Assembly: GCF_000181795.1 (NCBI RefSeq)
Contig: NW_003526945.1
Coordinates: 5,884,129-5,948,128 of the forward strand
Direction of reading: 5' to 3'
From: Trichinella spiralis
Lineage: Eukaryota
DNA: 64,000 nucleotides
The notes below the pieces were generated by a model. The model had not been told where the DNA came from. It did no database searches and saw only the letters and a list, made by a program, of their open reading frames with translations. The translations under genes were made by a program, and so were the position numbers. This document shows positions 1 to 11,262 of the stretch, piece after piece (positions within the stretch are counted from its first letter, which is position 1; the number at the start of each line of letters is the position of its first letter).

Positions 1-514
1 ATCTTTTTCTACGATCAGTGAATGAATTAAATGAATTCTGAAATTATGCTGTAAATAAACATTATTTCCTGCAAATCAAACCGCAAGCGTCGTAAGTGTT
101 CACTTTGCTAACTTTTGCGGTTATCTGTTATGTCATTTGCATGAATATTATCAGGTAAACAAATGCGCAATAGCCATGTTATGGAAAGTAATTGAATCCG
201 AATAACAGTGCATGGTAATAATATTAAAATTCATTCGATTTGTTTCTAAATTTCTAATTGGTAATTACTTTTTAGGAGAAGGAAGTGTTAGAAATGCGTA
301 CATAAGTCTGACAGAGGAAGAAAGGCAATATGTAAGTAGAAAACATTATTTTACTTGTATTTAAATCATTTTGAAATTTAGGAAATTTATTCTAATGCAT
401 AACATTCATGGTAAAAAATTAAAAGTGACTGCTCGCCTGCAAATAAATAATGGTACAACATCACACAAAGCATGTAATGGTAGGCAAAGTTCTTCAACAC
501 GGCAATAATACCAT

Positions 515-872
515 ACGATTAAGTGCCCTCATTCCTAGATTTTGATTAGTATGATTTCAGCCCATTAGAAAATTTGATGATCACCTGGTAAAGATATATC
601 GACGACCAAAGCGAGCTATTCAAGTGTGAAATTACACGCTGAAAAGAAAATGGGAAAACGTGCATCTTTAACATTATCCAGCTAATGCGCTTGATGCACT
701 TGCATTGCACCCAAACGATTATTATCTGAACATGTCCTTACTACTAGAGATTTTCATCACTCACCCAACCGACTGACCAAGCGCAGAACAAAGGTTTACT
801 GCAGTAAAGTATCTAAAAAGCTTTTCCCGGACTATCATGACAGAAGAACGTCTGTACGGACTTAAAACAATG
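515..872 (+). mobile_element. Degenerate hAT-superfamily (ZMYM1-like) transposase fragment, C-terminal dimerisation domain
   Basis: Frame from 723 reads YLNMSLLLEIFITHPTD*PSAEQRFTAVKYLKSFSRTIMTEERLYGL, matching the hAT dimerisation consensus (PNL.ILL.IF.T.P.T.A.AERSFS.LK.LK.YLRSTM.EERL.GL). It has an in-frame stop. Upstream frameshifted pieces are RLSALIPRF and ELFKCEITR*. No TIRs recognised. Confidence 0.8.
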
Positions 873-1285
873 TGTTCGTTCATTCTCTCTTTTCGATTGA
901 TCTTGATCTTCTAATAGAAAAGTTCAGTTTCAAACGGAATTGAAACGTGTCGCTCATTTGAAATAAAATATTTTCGAAATACGTTTGATATGTTCGAAAA
1001 ACAATCATATCATTGAATTCTATGCTGTTCATGATCTTACTATTGATTGCCGCATCTCATTGATAACAAAATCCCCACTGCTTGAATGCATTTTCCCCCA
1101 GGCTTCTCAATGAATATGACTTCATGCACTACAGCTGTTCTACGTGATATATTGCCGAAATGTTCAATCCCATGGGGACATAATCAATGCTGTAACAATT
1201 TAGGAAACACTAATGAGCCGATAAAGAGTTATCCAATTCGGATTCTACGACGTATCTGCATAGTAGGTATAAGAGACTAGCTAGA

Positions 1286-1953
1286 NNNNNNNNNNNNNNN
1301 NNNNNNNNNNNNNNNNNNNNNNNNNNNNNNNNNNNNNNNNNNNNNNNNNNNNNNNNNNNNNNNNNNNNNNNNNNNNNNNNNNNNNNNNNNNNNNNNNNNN
1401 NNNNNNNNNNNNNNNNNNNNNNNNNNNNNNNNNNNNNNNNNNNNNNNNNNNNNNNNNNNNNNNNNNNNNNNNNNNNNNNNNNNNNNNNNNNNNNNNNNNN
1501 NNNNNNNNNNNNNNNNNNNNNNNNNNNNNNNNNNNNNNNNNNNNNNNNNNNNNNNNNNNNNNNNNNNNNNNNNNNNNNNNNNNNNNNNNNNNNNNNNNNN
1601 NNNNNNNNNNNNNNNNNNNNNNNNNNNNNNNNNNNNNNNNNNNNNNNNNNNNNNNNNNNNNNNNNNNNNNNNNNNNNNNNNNNNNNNNNNNNNNNNNNNN
1701 NNNNNNNNNNNNNNNNNNNNNNNNNNNNNNNNNNNNNNNNNNNNNNNNNNNNNNNNNNNNNNNNNNNNNNNNNNNNNNNNNNNNNNNNNNNNNNNNNNNN
1801 NNNNNNNNNNNNNNNNNNNNNNNNNNNNNNNNNNNNNNNNNNNNNNNNNNNNNNNNNNNNNNNNNNNNNNNNNNNNNNNNNNNNNNNNNNNNNNNNNNNN
1901 NNNNNNNNNNNNNNNNNNNNNNNNNNNNNNNNNNNNNNNNNNNNNNNNNNNNN
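1286..1953. other. Assembly gap (668 N)
   Basis: Run of N in the sequence; the 1210..1962 ORF is an artefact of it. Confidence 1.
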
Positions 1954-4900
1954 ATTTTGCAATTTTCGAGGAAAATTTCTTTTTACAAAAATTAAAGCAA
2001 TTAATTCATATCGGTAGAAAATTATTTGCTAACTGTTATAAAATTATACCGACAGCTCCTGATTAAGCATTTGTTGAGATATATCAAAAAAATGAAACCG
2101 AAATAAGATTTTAACGAAGTCGAAATAAAAAGGGATGAAAATTTAAAGTAAAATAAATGTGCATGATGAACGATTTCATTAATTTTTACATCAAAACTAT
2201 CAGTGTTTTTTACTGAAAAAAGAAATTTATTTTATTAAGAATTGTTCTTGATTTTCGTTTAAGCAACAGTAACTTTCAAAATTAAAACCTTAATTCACGG
2301 AATTTTTTGATTTATTGGAATTCAGAGATAAAAATTTTCCAAAATTATCACATTAAAAAGCTATTTTCGTGCAATATGCTAATGTTTTTATTCTATAAAG
2401 TTCAAATGCTCATACCGACAAATTTATTTATTATTTCAAAAAATCATCAATTGTGGATTATTGCAAATTTACATAATAATAACGCAACATTAGTCTTTTG
2501 TTACGTCTGTGTATTGTGTCTTTGTAATGAAGAACTTTCCACGCTCGACATTGCCAAATCGTATCTTCTCGAAGGTGTCTTTACTTACCTCAGTTGACCA
2601 ATGAACGCAACGATTCGATTCGGACCAGCGAACGATTCGATCCAACCTATCCAGAACCGTTCACTGACTGATCTTGGCTTTCTCCACTTGTCTTCTTTCT
2701 TCTCCATGTGCATTATTTTTCCATGGTTTATTACGTGTTTACTTATTTGTATGCAATGCATTTCATGTGTCAGAGATTTTACAAAGTCAAACTCAAAATA
2801 AAAGAATCTGAGAAAATATATTTGGAGAAATAAATTGAAAAAACATGGAAATGTATAATATAAGAAGAAAAAAGTGAAAATCACAGAAATCAAAAGAAAT
2901 AATAGTAGAAATTAAAAAATGAATAAAATGCATAAAATAAAGTAGGGGAAAATAAAGTTTGAATGAATTTTTGAAGTTTATAAGTTTGAAAAATAAAAAT
3001 AAAATGAAAAGAATTTGCTTTAAAAAGTGTTCAAAATCAAACTATGTAAGAAAAGAAAAACAAAAAATACAAAACAAACGGAAATCAAAAATTATTTATG
3101 AAGATAAATACTGAAGATAAATTCTAACCTAAGCCGCGTTGGAATATGAACAGAAGAAATGCACCGCTAAATTCTACCAATAAGGAAAGGAGTATTTGAA
3201 AATTCAAAAATGACCTTGATAATTCTTTAAAATTCAGTCAAAATATAAACTATGTGACAAAATTTCGCCATAACAAAAGAAAATTAACTTAGACAAAACA
3301 CACCTACGTATGTCTGAAAATTTTCTTAAATCAGAAAACCAAGTAGCTGAAATGAAGCTAATTTTAAGTGAACAATTTACGGGCAAAAGCTTGCTTATGG
3401 TCAATTGAAAGTGCATGTTAGCTACTGCAAAGGTGATTTTGAAAGATCGTATTTTAATAATAGATAAACAATGCGTACAGGGTGTATTTAATCAGTATCG
3501 ATTCTCTATTGTATTGTTAAGTGATTATGATCTAAAAATAAAAAAGCTGCCAATTACTGCTAAATGCGCCATTTTGTTATCGTTAATGTTTATTGTCTTT
3601 GAATGTTGATTAAAAAAATTATTTTTCAGAAATTATTCCAAAAAATAATAATGAAAATTAAGCGAATCTTGTGTTTGGCGTTGTATTCTGGTATTCAGTT
3701 AATTTTCTAATTGCACTTGGCTACCATCCACGGACGGCCTGAAACTGAATTGATTTCCATCATGAAAATAAAGTAAACGACCTCGCATGGAAATTTTCAT
3801 TTTATTCATTTATGCTGATAAATATGTCTACTGTACATTTTTCATTGCTCTATATGTACTTAATCCACTCTGTTTGAGGTGAAAATTTAATTGTAGCTTT
3901 GCGAAACATATAAACACTTCTCATTACACAATGACCCTGTCCATTGTGGATGTTTGGTGGAGGTTGCTCCAAATGAATTCGTATGTATCTGTGATGATGC
4001 ATATATTAGAATTCATTTTGACGTAATGAAGCATCGCTATAGGCACCGAAGGCAGGCACGCAATAATAGTTGTTTCCATATGATTGAAAATTATTACCGG
4101 GTAATGTTATCTATCATGGAGATACATAATAATAAAGGACATAACACTGGCAAATTAACTGAAAACGTAAACAGCACTTTCGGAAAATATGAATTATTTA
4201 ACTGTTTTATATAGAATACAAAGTTAATATAAACAGTTGAAAATGAAATCCGTTCCAATGTCAAATCAACTCATCCAAATAATTCGCGGTATCATCCTAA
4301 CCAATAGAAATGTTCCTTTTATTTTTTACAATTTCGCTATATCATATTTATGTGGGGTTTAAACGTGTTCACATACTGGAATGGAATTTCCAGTAACAAA
4401 TAATATAAAAATAAAAAAAAATGAATCAAAGAATTTTCAAAATCACTTCACATAATATTAAAGTAATGCGAAATTAAATTTTAATGCATAGGAAGCATTT
4501 TGATAATAGAAATAAATTGAAAATAACTTGCTTTTCAATGAATACAGTAATGCATATCTTGAATTTGAACTAAGCTTGAAAGGAAGACAAATAAAATTTT
4601 TCAAATATTGTGAATCATAAAAGGAGTTGTATGCAAAGATTTTCCTGTTTAAATACTATATCAACAAATAAATCAACCGTGGGTGATAGTCGACGATTTA
4701 ATTCAACTAACAGAACTCATTGTATCCATACTGCAAACAACTGCCAGAAAATTAGATGAAAATACGCTTGTTCGTAGGATTCAGACTGCTCCCATATAAC
4801 TTTTCATGCCGTAAAACGTGATGATCTTTGATGATCACGTTCATGATGAGAAATCAATCCAATATTTTAAACAGAATACATTACCATTTTGCTTGTTCGG

Positions 4901-6841
4901 AATTTCTGAATCACGTCACTATACACGCTTGTTTTCGGCTTCAATGAGATGCATACGTTGAATGCCATAGTCTCATTCTTCCGCCTATCTAATAATTGGG
5001 GGTTGGGACTGTTTACAAGCATCTGCTATTCCTGACGCTGTATTAGGGAATGCTTCACAACTGTCAAATCGTTCAACACGATAAAATATTAACAAAAAGA
5101 AAATTTGTTTGTCCTAAAAAGTGCATAAAAGGAAATAGTTAATAAAAATAGAAAGAAAACCAACAAAATTTTAACATTACCTACAAACAAATGCCAACAT
5201 CTTATTCTAAAACAGTCAAAATTATTCAACTACCCATCCGTTAATGCACTTTGATAGAATAATACAGTATTTTTAAAATGAGAAAATAAAGAGAAATATC
5301 ATACTGTAAGCAATGATAATGCAAATTTAACTAAAAATGCTATAGCAGTGTTCATAATTAAATAAAAATATATAATATAATTAATGATGAAATTTTTTTA
5401 TTAAAGTCTTATGGTGAGAAATCAAATTATATATTAACAAATGAAGATTCATCTGCGAATTCAAGAACTTTTGCATGAGCGCATGTGTTGCTCAAATTAA
5501 ATTTTTAACAGAAAACAGAATGAGAACAATGGCAGAACAAAAAACTGACTGTCAACTGCAATTGAATTTCCATAATGAATTATCAAACCAATGCCGGCAA
5601 AGAATTGATTGAGCTGTGTAAAAAGTTTTTAACGAATACCTGCCATTTGAATGCTGGACTTTTCAATTGTAATCGCCATCTGTTGATTTCAAAACAAATA
5701 TTTTTTGACATACCGTGCTTTCTAATTTGAAAACTTTTTATTAAATCTATTTCAAAACGAAAGGAATACAGTAATATTTTATTTATATAATCTCTAACAG
5801 TAAAACAACAGCATTTCAACTGAAACGAATCATTTGAGCGTATTCACAAAAGCCTTTTCGTGCAGTCAGTGACTTTGATAAAAATGATTTGATAAGAAAC
5901 CATGATTGGTTTCTCGGGTGATTTGATGAAAGAAAAGCTGCTGATCACATCACTTTACGGTGACAAGTCGACGACTAACAATGGCGCCGTTTAGCCTCGT
6001 GGAGCTGGCTTGCAAAGCAAATTGTGAACAGTGTGAAAAATGAGTATCGACAGTACGTTGAATCTTGAATCGATAAACTTGAATATGTTCGTTTCAAAAA
6101 ATTTACAACCTCGACATTTTTGATTGCAAAAAAATAATTATCAGACGACGTGACTTATTAAGCAACAGTCTATTTTACTTGCACGCGGGTAACATAAAAA
6201 ACAGTAATATGATAGTTGATGAAATCAAGAACTAATATCAGTGCAGTATTCTGTAAAAGAGAGTTGATTTTATGGCTATTTTTTAATAATATATAAATAT
6301 AAGCTTTTGATTATATGACTAGCTTTGATAGCTTCAACTTTCTATTGCCACAAAATCCATTATCTTTTCTGGATTACTGTATTGGCATCAGTTCGTGTTC
6401 TGGCATTAGCTGTGCTGCTGTTTTGTAGTTTTATACCACACGGATTGCTGTTGTCCTGATTAACGCTGTACGGTCGGTTTTTGTTCATAATCGGCTATCA
6501 GTGTTGTAAACTTCTGAAACGATCCGATTAAAGTTGTTTAACTGAAAAAGTGTTCTGAATTTAGCAATTTGAAGTTGGTCGATCTTGAACAAAAATTTCA
6601 CCTCAATGTGCAAATAATTTTCATTCATCACTTTCTTGAAGTTCAAACCACTAGCAACCAAATTCGGTTAATCAATTTTCATTTATAAAAATGGAAAATT
6701 AAGAAAATATTTGCAGTGCTACAGTGAAAATCACATATTATTGAAGATCAAATCATTTTTTTGAAAAAAGCATAATTCTACGTCACTATCACACACCAAT
6801 ACTTTTATTAGGGAATACACAACACTACAAGGAAATTGTGT

Positions 6842-7455
6842 TTATTGTATGCGCAGCAGTTCCACGTCGAAGTTCAAATTTGAGTTCGGCGGAATCACTC
6901 CTGGAACTCCTTTAGAACCATATGCAAAATCTGGAGTGCACTTCAATATGGCCCGTTGACCAACGCTCATCTGAAATACGTTGAAATTATTTTTGTAAAT
7001 CATATATTTATTAGTTTATTTTTCAAAAAAGATCAACTAATGCGTTTCGTACCTGAGCAACGCCCACGTCCCAACCTTTGATGACATCGCCTCTGCCAAT
7101 TACAAATTTGAACGGTTTTCCACGATCGCGTGAAGAATCAAACTTTTTCCCATTGTCGAACGTTCCGGTATAATGGACCTCCACTGTCTGTCCCGCCTTG
7201 GGAAAATTCACTCCTACAAATTACGATGCAATAAATCGCTCAGACATGATGACAACTGTGATGATTTCGAAACTGAACAGCAAAAATCATATTACCAATA
7301 TACACAAATGGAATCATGAAACAATGAACATTAATCAAGAAATAAATCGAAGCTTAATCACAAATTAGGAAACTTTCGTCACAAACAAAATAGAAAATGA
7401 AAAAAATTTCATCGTTACCATCGCCATTAGAAATTGGTTCGACTGTGACGCCCAT
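6842..7455 (-). CDS. FKBP1A: FK506-binding protein FKBP12 (peptidyl-prolyl isomerase), 108 aa, 3 exons (7455-7419, 7213-7053, 6970-6842)
   Basis: Spliced product [112 protein letters not shown] introns are in consistent phase, and length and motifs fit FKBP12. Confidence 0.97.
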
Positions 7456-8678
7456 AATCTCTGTGCGGCAATATTCTAGAAAATACGTTTACATAAATAT
7501 CGCTGAAAGGCAGAAACTAATAAACATCTCAAATAAACTGCTGATTTTCGCGTAAATAAAACCAACCGCACGACTGACGGACAAATCGCACGGTCAAAAA
7601 GCAATCCAACTTGCACATGTGACCAACCGACGAACAACGATGACGTCAAGGTTACCAGGTCGTTCATAGTACTTAATTTTATTTACATACAGTATGAATT
7701 TGTTGAAGCTTTTAGTTTTCCAATTATTGGCACTTATTTCACCATCAGTTGTAATATATTGTAATTTGATATTAAATTGAAAAAATTTATATCTGATTTG
7801 TATATTTTAATTAAATTTAAGTACTGTCCATCCGGTTGTTTGTCACTTGCGTGGTTGTTGATAATTTCAATCAATTTCTAATAAAATTGAAAAATAAACG
7901 TTATATACATTTTCAGATTTTTTAATTTTATGTTGAAACTATATATAATATTATTTGATTTATTTAATAAACATTTCTTGCTGTTAGATGAGCATTTTTA
8001 AAAACTACTCAAAAAATCTTAATTCTTTTTGAAATAATTTTACATTCAAATTAATTAAAATAATTAACTAAACAAAAAAAAATTTTTTTATTTCAATTCT
8101 TTGGTTTAAAAGCAGCATTCAGTTGAAGTTGGCGAACAGAAATTCCACACTGCACATTTCATCAGGAAGGATGCGCCGTGGTGACAGAAAATCATAAATT
8201 CATACCTGCACATACTTTACTGTAGTTTTTGTCACTGTAATTTTTTGATGCTAGATTCACTTTGATATTATTGTTCCAGTTCATTGGTCATTTGATATTA
8301 TTTTAAAAGTAAACAATTTTCTTTTATTCAATAAGCTGAATTGGAATAACAAAATGATAAATGTCGGTTGTGAGAAAAAAAGGTTCGTTAATATTCGACG
8401 GAGAATTTTCTCCAACAATGCAGATGCAGCGAACAATGGAGTACAGTTTAGTCATTGCAGCGATCAACAATTTATCGTTTGACCAGAAACAGCGACAAAA
8501 GCAGTACTGTGTTGATGGGTAGATATAATTTTTCAACACCAAAGCAGGGAAGAAATACTGATTCGCGAACGAAGCAAAATTAGCAGGTAAAACAAACATG
8601 CACAAGTCATCAGGCACGCGAGTCATAACAGATCAGTAGGGCAAAAGTGAAAACAGTGCACACGTGTGAAATACAAAC

Positions 8679-11262
8679 TCACAGGATGGAACAATTCTTT
8701 TTGCATTTTTCCGGACCACAAACTGCCAATAAGTCCTGCAGTGCGGTCGCACTGCTGTCGACGGCAGAAGTGGACGACCGTTGATAAGAGGACCACCCGT
8801 CGGTTGTCGGCATTGGATGTTGCGGTGGAGAGCTTTTACAAAATGCCGTGCTACTCAGTGCTGACGTGGAAAACCATCGCTGAAAGCCTAGAACAGCACC
8901 GACCGTTTGTCGTCTGTTGGCACTGTCGTCGTCTGCCAACAGCCATTCTTCCACTCTAGAGGGTGGTCCGCAGAGCACGTCGAACAGAGAAGACGCTGAT
9001 CTGGCACGTTTGGAGGTGAGCTTCTTTTTCGAACTGACAAATTGGCGATCTTGTTCGTAAAATCGAGCCATCACGTTTTCCTTTTTGAAATCCTCAAACG
9101 GCAAGTCGCCTTCTTTCAAAACGCCGCAGCAGACCAAATTCGATCCGGCGGGCAACGTTTTGCAGCGTCTCAATTTCACCCTGACCGCCGTCCCGTCGCC
9201 TGTGCCGGCAGTGGAGCAGACCGTCGTCTGCGGACGTTGTTGGCCAGGGGGCTTTTTCCCACGCATCCCGGATTCGTGCTTACAACTCGCGGCGAACACC
9301 CGACGCATCGGCAAGCAGGCCGACGGCGACCAACAGCAACTACGCTTGGCTCGTCGTCCCGTCGACTTGGGCGGCCTTTTCACTTTCGCTTGGCGCGTTT
9401 TTTTGCTCTTCCGATTCTTATAAGCGTTGTCGTTCTCAGTGGACGATGTTGTCCGTCCAGGCCCATAACGACTGTTCAAAGCGAACGGATTAACCGACGT
9501 CGATCCGGGCTTGTAGGACGGCTCTTCGGAAGCAATGAAACGTTGCAGAGAGAAGTTCTGGTCGTCAGTGGATCCCGCTTGCAGGACCACGCGTCCGGAC
9601 AAAATCGACAACGCCGTATCTGAACCCCGTCTCGACAACGGCTTTTTCCGCTCGTTCAGCCACGTTCTGTTGTTCAACACGCTACTGCTGCTGTGCGACT
9701 GGAAGCTGTTCGAAAACCATTCGGTCTCTTGGTGAAGAACTGCTTTGTGCAATGCTACCGCTGTCGGCACAATCTGCGCAAACGATGCACGGGCCACTGG
9801 ATTCATCTGAATGGACCAAAATTGAAGCATACGTACAAAAACAAACATACAAACAAACCAAGCAACAACTGAATGCCAACTTGATGAATTCAACCGGCGT
9901 ATCTTTGGGGCACAGTCGGATAAAACGAACATAATCCAACCCGAAATTCTGAAACATCATACATCAAGTCATCGACAATTGGAAAAAAGATCATCGTTCA
10001 ACATCGTTCGCTTGTAGAGAGAATAAAAAAGATGTCTTTTTTTCTTAATTAATAAACTTACTGCCGTCCGTGGCATGACGTCCGGGTCGGCATCAATTTG
10101 GGCAATGATCTCGCACAGAATGATTCCAAAAGAAAATACATCCGCTTTGGTATTGTAAGGTTCACCCAGTAAACATTCGGGAGCTATCCAGAATGGAGTA
10201 CCAACAACTGGAAGACGAGTGTTGCTGCAGTTGAAAAGAAAAACAGAAATTAGACAGAAACAATACAACTGGGATTATTACCTATTTTTGGGCAGTGTAC
10301 AAGCCAAGCCTAAATCGCCAATTACTGCAGTTATTCGAGAACCGTCACATTTGCATAAAACATTCTGTCGAATAAAGATCAATAAGACTGAGTGACGACG
10401 ACAATACAAGGGTTGATAAAAACAAAGCATCGTTGTTACTTTCGAAGTCAAATCACGATGAATGTAGCCACAACTGTGGATGTACTCCATACCTCGACTG
10501 ATGTCCAATGCGACGCCAATTCTGACAGACCATCGAAAACGTGACCATTGATCAGAGGAAATTAAATGTGCCAAACTGCCAGCTTCGCAAAATTCAGTCA
10601 ATGCATGCAATTTTCCCGCGTCGACACAAACACCACGAAATCTAAAATTATACATATATATAGGGATATAGATATGATTGAAAGGCGTTTGACCAAGAAA
10701 TTTCCTAATATACCGTAACACGTTAGGATGTTGCAGTTTGCGCATAAGTTGTATTTCGAATAAGAAATTCATACGATTGCTGCTGAGCTTGTTGAATTTC
10801 AACACGTACGCCTCGCCTGTAGTAGTGTGCTTGACCTGAGACAAGAGAAAAAAGAACAACAAATATGATTAATAGAATAAAAAAAAATAAATATTAATGA
10901 TGAATGATCACTTTGTAAACTTCACCAAAAAATCCCCTGCCAATGGTTCTTTCGACGATGAAATCGTCCATGCGATAAAGCGCCAACAAAGCACTGAGCA
11001 GACCGACGCACGAAGGCGACGGGGGCAGTGGCGACCACTGGGGCTTTTCTGGTTCCTCCAATCGGTCCGAGCCGACGTCCAAAATGTTCGGTGAAGCATC
11101 ATCGTCCGCATCCAACACTGGTGCCTTGGGACCGTTGTCGGTGGCACCGTTGTAAACGCTGCCGCGGATCATCAGCCCAGGATGTTCGCCGACGAACTTG
11201 TTGGCTTCGCTGAAGCAATCGCAATAACAACTCGGCAAAATCGCCAATGACAATTCACCCAT
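8679..11262 (-). CDS. TESK: TESK-type (LIMK/TESK family) protein kinase; exons about 11262-10912, 10835-10714, 10641-10440, 10364-10282, 10224-10062, 9948-9859, 9806-8679
   Basis: [21 protein letters not shown] (the DLTSKN catalytic loop is TESK-type, LIMK has DLNSHN); [28 protein letters not shown]. No LIM/PDZ exons found. Long Ser/basic C-terminal tail. Start Met is inferred from an acceptor TCCAG just upstream. Confidence 0.9.

Noticed and set aside
1210..1962. 250-aa ORF in the track
   Set aside because: Artefact of the N gap.
2585..2720. Minus-strand exon-like segment MEKKEDKWRKPRS..GQL ending at AG/GTAAGT
   Set aside because: The donor looks real but there is no recognisable homology, and the downstream sequence runs into the gap, so it cannot be called.
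3650..4214. Short signal-like ORF plus the 86-aa ORF at 3954
   Set aside because: Exons could not be joined in phase and no motif was recognised.
7641..7648. TGACGTCA CRE-like palindrome about 190 nt upstream of the FKBP12 ATG
   Set aside because: A plausible promoter element, but an 8-mer alone is not enough evidence.
9042..9735. Plus-strand ORFs of up to 193 aa
   Set aside because: Antisense shadows of the GC-rich last TESK exon.
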